Notes: a model not told the origin generated them from the letters alone. Shown: positions 35,142 through 45,170, numbered from the stretch's first letter. The stretch is 64,000 nt of DNA from an uncultured Chloroflexia bacterium (GCA_963768655.1 CAVYIM010000003.1:160001-224000), one strand, 5' to 3'. Program-made: numbers and translations.

Positions 35142-35633
35142 GGCGTCGCAGCGTAGCATCGGCCCGGTCCCACTCCACCGGTACTAAGGGCCTATCTGCC
35201 GGCCCCGACCGGCGGGGCGTGGAGCGGCGCCGGCACGGAATGGAGCGGCGCCGACACGGGGAGCGGAGTTGCGCCGGACGGCGCGGACGGCGTGGAGCAG
35301 CGCCGGATTTCGCCCGTTCCCGGTCGCATTACCGCCCAATATCGCCCGGGACATTCCAAAGCGAGACCGAAGGCCCCGTCCGGGCTGCGCGGCCAGGCCG
35401 GGAGGCATCCGGCCGCTCGATCCACGCTCAGCGCAGTGTCGCCGTGGCCGCGTCCCCGTCCGGGAGGCTTCGACCCGTTGTGCAGGATCGTCAGGGGCGA
35501 TATTGGGGCAAGTGACGTGGCCCCTCACCTGACGTGGCTTCGTCCAGGGCGAAGACGAGCAGGGATCGGCACGGATCGAACGAGCGGCGCGAGAGGTGCT
35601 GCGGCGCGGCGGCTGCGCCTCTAAACTCCGGGG

Positions 35634-36470
35634 ATGGTTTTCAGCAGCCTTTCGATCGTCCTGCCCGCGTTCAACGAGGAAGCCCGGCTCGGGCCCGCGC
35701 TGGACGAGTTGTTCGCCTATCTGCGTGCTGCGCCGAAGGGCGCTCTGCCCGGCAAGGTTGACGTGCTGGTCGTGGACGACGGAAGCACCGATGGCACCGC
35801 GGCGTTGGTCAGGGCGCGGGCCGAATTCGGCGGCGCCGCAGGAAGGGCGGCCGAAGGCAGCGCGACCGGCGCCGCAGGAAGGGCGGCCGAAGGCGACGGC
35901 CCGGTGCTGCGCCTGCTGACCGTCCCTCACGCCGGCAAGGGGGCAGCGGTCCGGGCGGGAATGCTGACCGCGCAGGGCGATGTGATCGTGTTCGCCGACG
36001 CGGATATGGCCACGCCGCCGGACCAGCTGCCGCGGCTGGTGCAGGCCCTGGCGTCGAGCGACGTCGCCCTCGGCAGCCGCATTCAGCCCGACGGCTCGGA
36101 CATGCGAGCCTCGCAGCCGCGCTTCCGACGTCTCGTCGGCAAGCTCTTCCGCCTCGCCGCGCGCGTCTGGGTGACCGGGCCGATCGACGACACTCAGTGT
36201 GGCTTCAAGGGGTTCCGGCGCGAGGCGGCGCGCGACCTGTTCGGCCGGCTGCGGATCACGAGCATCGTCTTCGACGTGGACCTGATCTTCCTGGCGCGGC
36301 GGCGCGGCTACCGCACAGCGGTCGTGCCCGTCGTCTGGGCCGATCGCCGCGGCTCGCGCATGCATGCTCGCCCGCGGCTGGCCCTCCGCGTCGTCTGGGA
36401 CCTGCTGCGTATCAGGCTCATCCACCGCGGTGTGAAACGAGTCGCGGCCGAGGGCGCGCCCGCGAAATGA
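35634..36470 (+). CDS. GT2 polyprenyl-phosphate glycosyltransferase
   Basis: VLPAFNE, VDDGSTD, GKGAAVRAG, DAD, DTQCGFK, FDVD. Confidence 0.9.
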   Translation: MVFSSLSIVLPAFNEEARLGPALDELFAYLRAAPKGALPGKVDVLVVDDGSTDGTAALVRARAEFGGAAGRAAEGSATGAAGRAAEGDGPVLRLLTVPHAGKGAAVRAGMLTAQGDVIVFADADMATPPDQLPRLVQALASSDVALGSRIQPDGSDMRASQPRFRRLVGKLFRLAARVWVTGPIDDTQCGFKGFRREAARDLFGRLRITSIVFDVDLIFLARRRGYRTAVVPVVWADRRGSRMHARPRLALRVVWDLLRIRLIHRGVKRVAAEGAPAK

Positions 36471-36480
36471 GCGCGCCGCG

Positions 36481-37638
36481 ATGACCTCGCTCCCGGCGTC
36501 CGCAAGGCAGCGGCCCCGGCTGACCGGGGCCTTCGTGCCCGTCGGTTCGATCGCCCTGCTCGTCGGGATGCTGGCTCTCGTCCTCGCGACGGCGGGCAAT
36601 ACCCTTGGCTACGACTTCAGCTGCTACGAGGGCGCGGCCGGGGCCCTGCGCGACGGGCGTCCCATCTACGACGTGGCCTTCTCCGTCAACGTCGGCACAT
36701 GCCCCGGCACATACACCTACCCGCCGGCCTTCGCCGCCTTCCTCGTCCCGTGGCTCTCTCTTGGGGGCGCGGCCGCGGGGCTGTGGTGCCTGGCAATGGC
36801 GGCGTGCTTCCTGGCCGGAGTGACGCTGCTGCCGGTCCGGCGCGACGTGCGCTGGCTCATCGTGGTCGTGGCCGCGCTCGACTGGCCGCTGCTCTACGCG
36901 GTCAAGCTCGGCCAGGTGGAGCCGCTCCTCTTCCTGGGTTTCGCGGCGGTCTGGCGGTGGATGGATCGCGCCGCCGTCCTGGGCGCGGTGACGGCGATCG
37001 GGACGCTGGTGAAGGTACAGCCGGCGCTGCTCGGGGTCTGGGCCATAGCCACGGGACGGTTCCGTGCGGCTGCGATGGCCGCCGCAGCCACCCTCGCGCT
37101 CGCGGCCGCGGCGACCCTCGTCACGGGCGTCGGCGCGTGGGAAACGTACGCCGATCTGCTGCGTCAGCTCGGCGGGCAGCTGTCGACGCCGCACAACTTC
37201 GCGCCGGGCGCCGTCGCCCATATGGCTGGCGCCTCTGACGCGGTGGCCACGACGGTCCAGCTCGCCTCGGCCGCGCTGGCCGTGGCCGCGCTCCTCGCCG
37301 CGTGGCGCTACGCCAGCCCCGAGCTCAGCCTGCAGGTTACGATCGTGGCCAGCCAGCTCATCTCGTCGCCGCTGCGCGACCACTACGCCGTGCTCCTGCT
37401 GCTGCCGACGGCGTGGCTCGTTGGGCGGGGTCGAACCTGGGCGGTCGTCTTCCCGCTGGCCGGCTGGATCGCGCTCTTCGCCGGCGACGCCTGGCTCCCC
37501 ACGGCCAGCGTCTCGATCACGTTCTTCGCCTGCCTGGCGGTCCTGCTGTGGGAGGCGGCGCTCCAACGGCGTGCCGCTCGCGGCGCGGCCGCTGCCGGCA
37601 CGCCTGCGGCTGCCGCAGACGCCGCGCCGGCGCCCTGA
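36481..37638 (+). CDS. GT87 (DUF2029) membrane glycosyltransferase
   Basis: GYDF..Y, YTYPP, LGQVE, VKVQP, SPLRDHY. Confidence 0.85.
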   Translation: MTSLPASARQRPRLTGAFVPVGSIALLVGMLALVLATAGNTLGYDFSCYEGAAGALRDGRPIYDVAFSVNVGTCPGTYTYPPAFAAFLVPWLSLGGAAAGLWCLAMAACFLAGVTLLPVRRDVRWLIVVVAALDWPLLYAVKLGQVEPLLFLGFAAVWRWMDRAAVLGAVTAIGTLVKVQPALLGVWAIATGRFRAAAMAAAATLALAAAATLVTGVGAWETYADLLRQLGGQLSTPHNFAPGAVAHMAGASDAVATTVQLASAALAVAALLAAWRYASPELSLQVTIVASQLISSPLRDHYAVLLLLPTAWLVGRGRTWAVVFPLAGWIALFAGDAWLPTASVSITFFACLAVLLWEAALQRRAARGAAAAGTPAAAADAAPAP

Positions 37639-37723
37639 GACCGGTTCTCGCCGGCTCCGCCGTCCCGTGCGCCACGAAGTTGCGCCGGCAAGCACGCTGA
37701 GGGCGTGGTGCTATTCTCGGCGA

Positions 37724-38950
37724 GTGACCATCCCCTCCACATCAGCCGGCGGGCCTGCCCGTCCGGGTCAGCGACCGCGCAATCTCGTCGCCCGCCGCCG
37801 GGCGTTCGATTCCATCGCGGCGAAGACCTGGGACGCTCTCGTCGATCGGACGCCGGCCGCGACGCCGTTCTCGCGCCACTGCGTGCAGCGGGCCTGGTGG
37901 GACGCGTACGGGGACACTGCCCACGACCAGACGCTCGTCGTCGTGGACGAGACCGCCCCGGACGAGATCGTCGGAATCGCGCCCCTGATGCATCGCCACG
38001 AACTGGAGCCGGGGGACCTGGCGGCGCGCACGACCATCCGCCATCAGGTCGGGCCCACGCTGCGCTCCGTGCCCGAGGCGGCGACCGCGGTTTTCTTCGG
38101 CGCCTCGTATCACGCGGACTACGCCACGATCCTGGCGGGACCCACGGACCTGCCCGGCGTGTGCGAAGCCGTCGTCGCCGAGCTTGCCGAAGAAGATCCG
38201 TCGCGCTGGGACGTCGTGGACCTGCGCCGCCTCCGCGCCGGCGATCCAGCCGCGGACGCGCTCCTCGCCGCCTTCGAGTGGGTGGCGCCGCGTGGCAGCT
38301 GGCTGGTGACGCGCGAGCAGGAGGAAGTCTGCCCTGTGCTGACCCTCCCCGCCGGCCTCGACTTCGAGGGCTACCTCGGCACACTCGACAAGAAGGAGCG
38401 CCACGAGATCCGGCGCAAGATCCGCCGCGCCGAGGCCGCCGGACCCGTCGAGTTACGCAAGTCGGAGGTCCCGGCCGCCGACCTCGAGACCTTCATCGAC
38501 CTGCATCAAAAGCGCTGGGGCGAGGATGGCCTCTTCCCGGCCACGCAGGGCGGAGCCGCGAGCCGCCGATTCTTCGCCGGGTTGTTCGAGAGTTGTGCTC
38601 CGGCCGGGATCGTCGAGCTCGACTTCCTGACGGTCGGAGGGCGCCGGATTGCGGCCGGAGTGATCCTCGACGACGGCCATACCGTCTACTACTACAACGC
38701 CGGCGTCGAGCCCGACGCGAGAGAGCTTTCCCCTGGAGTGGTCATGGTCGCGTCCTACATCCAACGAGCTATCGAGCTGGGTCGCACCCGCCTCGACTTC
38801 ATGCGCGGCAACGAGCCCTACAAGTACGAATGGGGCGCGGTCGACGAGCCGATCGAACGGCTGCTCGTTCAGCGAATGGCCGAGCCGGCTGCGGCAGCCG
38901 GGGGCGATGGCGTCGCCTCGACGGCTGCCGGCGCCGCGGAGGGCCGCTAG
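37724..38950 (+). CDS. GNAT-family acyltransferase (CelD/BcsL-like)
   Basis: GTG 6 nt after TATTCT; ADYA, FIDLHQKRW, YYNAG, SPG, DFMRGNEPYKYEWGA. Confidence 0.85.
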   Translation: MTIPSTSAGGPARPGQRPRNLVARRRAFDSIAAKTWDALVDRTPAATPFSRHCVQRAWWDAYGDTAHDQTLVVVDETAPDEIVGIAPLMHRHELEPGDLAARTTIRHQVGPTLRSVPEAATAVFFGASYHADYATILAGPTDLPGVCEAVVAELAEEDPSRWDVVDLRRLRAGDPAADALLAAFEWVAPRGSWLVTREQEEVCPVLTLPAGLDFEGYLGTLDKKERHEIRRKIRRAEAAGPVELRKSEVPAADLETFIDLHQKRWGEDGLFPATQGGAASRRFFAGLFESCAPAGIVELDFLTVGGRRIAAGVILDDGHTVYYYNAGVEPDARELSPGVVMVASYIQRAIELGRTRLDFMRGNEPYKYEWGAVDEPIERLLVQRMAEPAAAAGGDGVASTAAGAAEGR

Positions 38951-38952
38951 CG

Positions 38953-40164
38953 ATGGGCGCCGACGAAGGCCATGACGGCCACGAGGAGCCGTGTCTCGAG
39001 CTGGACGACCGCGGGCCACTCCCCGGTGGACGGGTGCGGGTCGCGGAGGTCATGGCCACCGGCACCAACGGCGGAGCGCAGGAGCACGTCTTCTCGCTCG
39101 CGTCGCGGCTCAACCCGGCCCGCTACGACGTCCGGGTCATCTCGCTCTCACACGGCAGCAGCGTCCGCCGGCTGCAGAAGGCCGGCATCGAAGCGTCGGT
39201 GATCGACGAGCCCGACGACCGGCTGGCCGTCCTGGCGCTGGCTTCGGAGCTCGCGTCGTTCGAGCCCGAGGTCGTCCACAACCACATGTTTCGGGCCGAG
39301 GTCGTGGGCACCAAGGCCGCGCTCCATCTCGGCGAGGAGGGCTGCCGGCGTCCGGCCGTCATCTCGACCGTGCATTCGAGCCGCATCCGCTGCGTCGAGG
39401 ATCGGGAGACGCTCCGCCAGCTCACTCCGCTGATGGATCGCCTCATCGTCGTCTCGAAGGCGATCGAGCAGAAGATCGCCGACGAGGGGCGCAAGGGCGC
39501 GCCCATCAGCCTCATCTACAACGGTGTGGACCTGCAGCGCTACAACCACCAGCAGCCGTGCTGCACGCTCCACGAGGACTACCACATCGACGCCGAGGCC
39601 CCGATCGTCGGCGTGGTGGCCCGGCTCGAGGCTGAGAAGGGACACCGCACGCTGCTCGAAGCCTGGCCGCTCGTCCTCGCCGCCGTTCCCGATGCCTGGT
39701 TGCTCGTCGTCGGTGAAGGTTCGGAGCAAGACTCCCTCGAGGCCCAGGCCGAAATCCTTGGGATCTCCGGTCGGGTCGTCTTCACCGGTCGCCGCGAAGA
39801 CGTGCCGGCGGTCACGGCCGCGCTGGACGTCTCGGTCCTGCCGTCCTATCGCGAAGCGCAGGGTCTGAGCGTTCTCGAGGCCATGGCGCTCAGCCGCCCG
39901 GTCGTGGCGTCGGCGGTGGGCGGGATTCCGGAGATGATCGAAGACGGCGTCAGTGGATTGCTGGTCCCGCCGCACGACAGCGAGGCGCTGGCGGCCGCGA
40001 TCGTCCGGCTGCTGACGGACCACCCGCTGGCGGACACGATCGCCCGCCGCGGCCACGACCTCGTGCACGAGCGCTTCTGCATCGAGCTTATGGTCAAGTC
40101 CGTCTCCGACCTGTACGACGATGCCGCCCTGCGGATCCGCCAGTCGGAGGGCGTGGCGAGGTAG
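38953..40164 (+). CDS. GT4 glycosyltransferase
   Basis: GGAQEH, IYNGVD, VARLEAEKG, EAQGLSVLEAMA. Confidence 0.9.
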   Translation: MGADEGHDGHEEPCLELDDRGPLPGGRVRVAEVMATGTNGGAQEHVFSLASRLNPARYDVRVISLSHGSSVRRLQKAGIEASVIDEPDDRLAVLALASELASFEPEVVHNHMFRAEVVGTKAALHLGEEGCRRPAVISTVHSSRIRCVEDRETLRQLTPLMDRLIVVSKAIEQKIADEGRKGAPISLIYNGVDLQRYNHQQPCCTLHEDYHIDAEAPIVGVVARLEAEKGHRTLLEAWPLVLAAVPDAWLLVVGEGSEQDSLEAQAEILGISGRVVFTGRREDVPAVTAALDVSVLPSYREAQGLSVLEAMALSRPVVASAVGGIPEMIEDGVSGLLVPPHDSEALAAAIVRLLTDHPLADTIARRGHDLVHERFCIELMVKSVSDLYDDAALRIRQSEGVAR

Positions 40165-40206
40165 AGCGGGCGCCGTTCGGCGCGGAGCCCTCCTGGGCGG
40201 CGCGCC

Positions 40207-40962
40207 TCAATGCCGCGCGCCGCCGAACGGGCTTGACCAGCGGCGCCGCACGTGGAGCGACTCCTGCTCGTCGTAGGCCGCTGCGCCGATCAGCGGCACG
40301 AAGACGCACCCACCGAACGCTCGTTCCTCGAAGGCCTCGCCGCGACGGATCACCTGGATCAGGTCCTGCGCGCCGAGCGGCCCGACGGGTATGACCAGCC
40401 GGCCGCCGTCTGCCATCTGGCGGCGCAGCGGGTCGGGCACGCGAGGCGCGGCGGCCGTCACGATGATGCCTTCGAACGGGGCGCGCGGTCGCCAGCCGAT
40501 GCTGCCGTCTCCGACCTCGATCCGGACGCGGTCGGCGATGGGCGAGCCCGTGGCGCCGGGATCGTCCGTGCCCGTGCCGACCGAGTTCAGCGACGCCAAT
40601 CGCGTTCGCGCGGCCGCCGCCAGCTCGGGATGGCGCTCGATCGAGAGCACCTCGCACCCGATCAGGGCCAGGATTGCGGCCTGATAGCCCGAGCCGGTGC
40701 CGATCTCGAGGACCCGCATCCCCGGGTGCGGTTCCAGCAGCTCGGTCATGAGGCCGACGATATACGGCTGGCTGATCGATTGACCCGAGGCGATCGGCAG
40801 GGCACCGTCGCAGTACGCGTCGCCGGCAAGGTCCGGCGGCAGGAACAGTTCGCGCGGCAACTCACCCATCGCAGCCAGGACACGCTCGTCGCGAATGCCA
40901 CGGCCACGGAGCTGGCGCTCGACCATCTCCGCTCGCAGCCGGCGGGCTCGCTCAGGATCCAC
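40207..40962 (-). CDS. pcm: Protein-L-isoaspartate O-methyltransferase
   Basis: GQSISQP, VLEIGTGSGYQAA, FVPL; GTG 6 nt after TATCTT. Confidence 0.94.
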   Translation of the reverse strand: MDPERARRLRAEMVERQLRGRGIRDERVLAAMGELPRELFLPPDLAGDAYCDGALPIASGQSISQPYIVGLMTELLEPHPGMRVLEIGTGSGYQAAILALIGCEVLSIERHPELAAAARTRLASLNSVGTGTDDPGATGSPIADRVRIEVGDGSIGWRPRAPFEGIIVTAAAPRVPDPLRRQMADGGRLVIPVGPLGAQDLIQVIRRGEAFEERAFGGCVFVPLIGAAAYDEQESLHVRRRWSSPFGGARH

Positions 40963-41050
40963 GCGTCGAAGATACGCCCCCGCCGGGCGCGCCAACGCCG
41001 GGATGTGCCGGCGGCTGGCGAAACGACCGGCGGTCGGCCGGTCGAGCGTG

Positions 41051-41545
41051 CTACGAAGCGGTGGCGCTCGGTGCCGCAGTCGGGGCCGCCGTGACCGAAG
41101 CGGTCGGCGTCGCGGCCGGAGTCGGCGTCGCAACCGGCGTCGGGGTTGGCACCGGCGTCGGCGTCGCGGGCGGAGGCGAGTAGGTCTCCAGGTTCAGTGG
41201 CGGCAACGTGGGAACTGCCCCGGCGGGCCAGACCGACACCACGTACGAGCCTGCGAGGATCGCGACCAGGCCCACGGCGCACACCAGGGCGAAGAGCCCC
41301 GAGGCGCGGTCGTCGATGTGGACGCGCTCGTGCGTCGCCCGAACCGAGCCCTGCGGGTGGACTTCGGCCTCGGCCTCGGCGGAGGAACGACGGAAGCCGA
41401 ATCGGCGGCCGGGCTTGCTGGGCTCCATCGGAGCGCCGGCCTCGGCTTCGTCGCTGGCCTCTAGGTCGTTGTCGAACTCTTCCTCGCCTGGCATGAATTC
41501 GTTGGGCTCGCCCTTTTCGAGGGCGTCCTTGTCCTGGTCCGGCAT
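41051..41545 (-). CDS. Single-pass membrane protein with acidic N-terminus and Pro/Thr-rich tail
   Basis: AGGAG upstream of ATG 41545; one TM; (TP)n tail. Confidence 0.7.
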   Translation of the reverse strand: MPDQDKDALEKGEPNEFMPGEEEFDNDLEASDEAEAGAPMEPSKPGRRFGFRRSSAEAEAEVHPQGSVRATHERVHIDDRASGLFALVCAVGLVAILAGSYVVSVWPAGAVPTLPPLNLETYSPPPATPTPVPTPTPVATPTPAATPTASVTAAPTAAPSATAS

Positions 41546-41778
41546 GCCCTGGCTTCGCTCCTGTGTTGGTGTCGGCACGCGCGTGCCTTGTTCGCCGGGT
41601 GCGGGCTGCCCGCACGATGACGGATTGGGCGCGACCCTCCCGCGGCAGTTTAGCCGGAATCCACGGATCGCCGCTTGCATCTCGCTCGGAGGAGTCCGCG
41701 CGATCATGCGGATGTCGCGCGCGATGTCGGGCGGCGGCACGCCCCGACCGCGCGCCCCGACGGCGCGACCCGGCCGCG

Positions 41779-43617
41779 TCAGGCTTCGCGGATCGCGCGG
41801 ACGGCGAGACCTGCCAGACCCGCAGCCGCGGCGAGGATGCCGCACGCCGCCAGCACGATGTGGAGGCCGAAGATCTGGGCGAAGAGGCCGCTGGTGATCA
41901 TCGCGACGGCGAGCATGGCGTTCACCAGCGCCAGGCGGATGGCGATGACTCGCCCCAGCATCTCGTCCGGCGTGCGCTGCTGGAAGATAGTCTGGCTCGG
42001 CACGACGAATATGACGTTGGCGACTCCGATAACCGCCGCCAGCACCAGCGCCAGCGGCAGGCTGCCGCCCACCGAGAAGAGGACCAGGCACACGCCCACG
42101 AGCGTGAACCCGGCCACGATCGCCGGCCCCTTCGGAATACGCGCCGCGACGGCGCCGATGGCGATGCCGCCGCCCAGGAGCCCCACGCCCATCGACATCT
42201 CGAAGAAGCCGTAGGCCGTGGGCGCGTCCAGCCTCCCCAGCGGCAACGCTGCGACGAGCAAGGGGGAGAGCGCCATCAATGCCCCAAGTCCATATTCGGC
42301 GATCGTGGCCTGGACCGTGGTCGCGAACAGGACCGTCTCGTCGCGCAGGAATCGCCAGCCGGCGAGGAGATCGGCCGTCAGCGACGCGACCGCGCCGCCC
42401 AAACCGGCTGCCCTCGCCCCGGCCTCGCCGCCTCCCGCCGGAACGATACGCGGGATCGCGACCGCGGCCACGAGCGCAGCGGAGGCGAGGTAGCTCGCCC
42501 CATCGATCCAGAACGCCATGGACAGCGCCGGTCCAAGGAACGCCACGAAGAGCCCGCCCAGGCCGTAGCCTGCCAGGTCGCTGGCGGTGTCGGCTACCCA
42601 CATCGCCGAGTTGGCCGTGAGCAGGTCCTCGTCCGGGACAACCTGCGGCAGCGCAGCCGCCCGCGCCGGGCGGAAGAACGACGAGGCGACCGCGATCAAG
42701 AGGACCAGGCCGATGACGAGGCCAATGTGCAGGTTCGCAACGACCGGGATGGCGAATACCAGCGCGGCTCTGACTAGATCCGAGCCGACCATAACCCACT
42801 TGCGATTCCACCGATCGACGAGCGCTCCGGCGAGCGGGCCAACCACCGACGTGGGAATCGTCATCGCGGCGAATACGAGGCCGAGCGCCAGCGGCGATTC
42901 GTTCGTGGCTCGAGCGACGAGGAAGACGAGCGCGATCTGATGGACTCGATCGCCCAGCGAGCTGATGACCTGTCCGAGCCACATGGCCGAGAACGGGCTG
43001 TTGGTCGCCAGCCGAACGTACGGATGGCGGAGCGCCCCCATTCGGACCGACCCGACCGAAACCGACACCAGCACCGGCGCCCGAACGACCGCGGCGAAGA
43101 CGAAGAAAGCCAGCCCCGCTCCGAGCAGCAGGTCGCCGACCGACGCGACAGATTGGATGATCGGGATCGGGATCGGGATGACGTCGGCAAGTGGACCACC
43201 GTGGGCGAAGAAGCTGGCGTCCATCGGGCCGGTCAGCAGGACGTGGAAGCTCGAATGAACGGCAGTCGGATCGAAGCCGGCGGCGGCCAGACTGGGTTGC
43301 CAGACCGGCATCCAACCGCCGTTTACGACGATGGCGATGCCGTTTGCCACGGTGCCCAGGGCGGCGGCCGTCAGCCCGGGCAGGTTCCGGTTGGCCAGCA
43401 ACATGGCTGTGAGTAGGACGTACGCGACCAGGACCAGCCACATCCGAACGGCGTCCGGAATGCCACCGGCTGCGAGGGCCGCGTCCAGCCCGAATCGGGC
43501 CCCTGCAGCCATCAGCAGCACTGGCCACCAGCGCAGCCGGACATCGAGCAGGTTCTCAAGTCGCCCGCCGGCGGCCAGACCCAGGCCAAACCCCAGGAAC
43601 ACGCCGAGGGCAGGCAC
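41779..43617 (-). CDS. Fusion of DUF5317-like membrane domain and MFS transporter
   Basis: N-part GGRLENL, NGGWMPV, LADVIPIP, SVGD; C-part WLGQVISSLGD, GALVDRWNRK, MLGRV; one frame. Confidence 0.85.
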   Translation of the reverse strand: MPALGVFLGFGLGLAAGGRLENLLDVRLRWWPVLLMAAGARFGLDAALAAGGIPDAVRMWLVLVAYVLLTAMLLANRNLPGLTAAALGTVANGIAIVVNGGWMPVWQPSLAAAGFDPTAVHSSFHVLLTGPMDASFFAHGGPLADVIPIPIPIIQSVASVGDLLLGAGLAFFVFAAVVRAPVLVSVSVGSVRMGALRHPYVRLATNSPFSAMWLGQVISSLGDRVHQIALVFLVARATNESPLALGLVFAAMTIPTSVVGPLAGALVDRWNRKWVMVGSDLVRAALVFAIPVVANLHIGLVIGLVLLIAVASSFFRPARAAALPQVVPDEDLLTANSAMWVADTASDLAGYGLGGLFVAFLGPALSMAFWIDGASYLASAALVAAVAIPRIVPAGGGEAGARAAGLGGAVASLTADLLAGWRFLRDETVLFATTVQATIAEYGLGALMALSPLLVAALPLGRLDAPTAYGFFEMSMGVGLLGGGIAIGAVAARIPKGPAIVAGFTLVGVCLVLFSVGGSLPLALVLAAVIGVANVIFVVPSQTIFQQRTPDEMLGRVIAIRLALVNAMLAVAMITSGLFAQIFGLHIVLAACGILAAAAGLAGLAVRAIREA

Positions 43618-43620
43618 CTG

Positions 43621-45012
43621 CTACGGGGTTGCGGCGGACGGAGTCGCGCCGGCCAGAGTCGCGCCGGCCGCCAGGCTCGCGCCGGCCGTCAGGCTCGCGA
43701 TCGAGCCCGCTGCGTCGCCGATGAGCGGCACGTCTCGAACTTCGCCCCGCCCCGGGTCGGCCAGCCCGCGCGCCCACTTGGTTCGGGCGAAGGCATCCAC
43801 GACATCCGGATCGAACTGGATCCCGCCGAACTTGCGCAGCTCGGCGAGGGCCTGCTCAGGCGCGAGCGGAGTCATTCGATACGGCCGCGCGTGCGTCATG
43901 GCCTCGAACGCGTCGGCAACGCCGAGGATTCGAGCCAGCTTGGGAATGTCGTCGCCCACGAGGTGGTCGGGATAGCCCGATCCGTTGAACCACTCGTGGT
44001 GGTGTCGAATGATCGGCAGTTCCGGCGCCAGGTGCGTGACCGGGGAGATGATCTCCGCGCCAAGGAGCGGGTGCATGTTCATGGTCGCGCGCTCGTCGCG
44101 CGTGAGCCTCTCCTGCTTGAGCAGCACCGAGTCCGGCACGCCGATCTTGCCGATGTCGTGGAGCAGGCCGCCCCACTCGAGGGCCTCGAGCTCATCGTCG
44201 CTCACTTTCATCGCCCGCCCGATGTCCATGGCGATCTCCTGGACGCCCTCACTGTGGCGGCTGGTGTACTTGTCACGCCTGTCGACCGCCGCCGCGAGGC
44301 TGCTCACGGTCTGAGTGAACATCTCGCGCACCTCCACGAATCGGGTGTACGCGAGCCTGGTCGTGTACAGCGGCACCGCGAACAGCAGTACGGCCCACCA
44401 TCCCGCCGTCAGGTACATCCGCGCCATGAGCCACGCGACCGGCGCAAGGGCGAGCATGTTCAGATACGCGCCACCTGACGCGCGCAGCAGCTTCGTGATC
44501 GGCTCCCCGTCGCGCAAAGAGACGATGCTGGCAGTTATCAGGATGTTCAGCGAGAAGTAGATCGCAGCAGCACCGACCGTCGCGGCGAAGTCGACCGCGA
44601 GGAAGGAGCGCCATGGAATGGCCTGGAGGGCGAAGCCGGCCAAGATGGCTGGCGTCATGATCGCGCAGTGATTCGCCAGTACGCCGTACCAGGGCAACTC
44701 TCGCCGAAGTTCGCGACGCTGCGTTGTCCCGAAAAGACCAACCCACGCAGCCACCGCGGGACCTCCGAGACTGACGGCTGCGATGACCGGGGCGAACCCA
44801 ACGTCGAGGACGCTCCCGCTCGGCATGCGTACGGCCAGTGACGAGCCGGCCAGAGCAAGAGCCACCCAGAAAACGACGCCAAGAATGACGCCGCCCTGGC
44901 CGCCCTTGATCGAAATCTCTGCTCCCGCGGGGCAAAGACCAACAGCGCTTGCCAGCAGCAAGCCACTGACGAGCGCCACTGCGGCGATCAGCGCTCCCAG
45001 CCGACGGTTCAT
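43621..45012 (-). CDS. Membrane-sensor HD-GYP cyclic-dinucleotide phosphodiesterase
   Basis: AGGAG then ATG 45012; several TM helices; YTSRHS, LHDIGK, HHEWFNGSGYP, ADAFEAM, RPYR. Confidence 0.92.
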   Translation of the reverse strand: MNRRLGALIAAVALVSGLLLASAVGLCPAGAEISIKGGQGGVILGVVFWVALALAGSSLAVRMPSGSVLDVGFAPVIAAVSLGGPAVAAWVGLFGTTQRRELRRELPWYGVLANHCAIMTPAILAGFALQAIPWRSFLAVDFAATVGAAAIYFSLNILITASIVSLRDGEPITKLLRASGGAYLNMLALAPVAWLMARMYLTAGWWAVLLFAVPLYTTRLAYTRFVEVREMFTQTVSSLAAAVDRRDKYTSRHSEGVQEIAMDIGRAMKVSDDELEALEWGGLLHDIGKIGVPDSVLLKQERLTRDERATMNMHPLLGAEIISPVTHLAPELPIIRHHHEWFNGSGYPDHLVGDDIPKLARILGVADAFEAMTHARPYRMTPLAPEQALAELRKFGGIQFDPDVVDAFARTKWARGLADPGRGEVRDVPLIGDAAGSIASLTAGASLAAGATLAGATPSAATP

Positions 45013-45080
45013 CGCCACTCCTAACTCAGGCGCGGCAATCTACCCCGGCCCAAAACCGAAGGGCTATGGGAGAGAGGTAC

Positions 45081-45170
45081 CTAGAACGGCCTGTAACTGG
45101 CGCCGCCGGCGGCGGCGGCCATGAGGCCTGCTCCGAGCACTAGGAGGAGGGATTCGATTCGACGACGCAT
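45081..45170 (-). CDS. Unannotated 29-aa signal-peptide-like ORF MRRRIESLLLVLGAGLMAAAAGGASYRPF
   Basis: GGTGA 5 nt before ATG; basic, hydrophobic, small-residue, short polar tail layout; between promoter and HD-GYP gene. Confidence 0.75.
   Translation of the reverse strand: MRRRIESLLLVLGAGLMAAAAGGASYRPF

Noticed and set aside
35200-35310. Possible CRISPR-like repeats
   Set aside because: Two or three degenerate near-adjacent copies, no regular unique spacers, no cas genes
41051-43528. 825-aa minus-strand ORF and similar long Arg/Gly/Pro-rich ORFs or extensions (5157-6932, 8470-10116, 37705 start, 54868-57084)
   Set aside because: Shadow or alternate frames of real genes in high-GC DNA; only the 41051-41545 part looks coding
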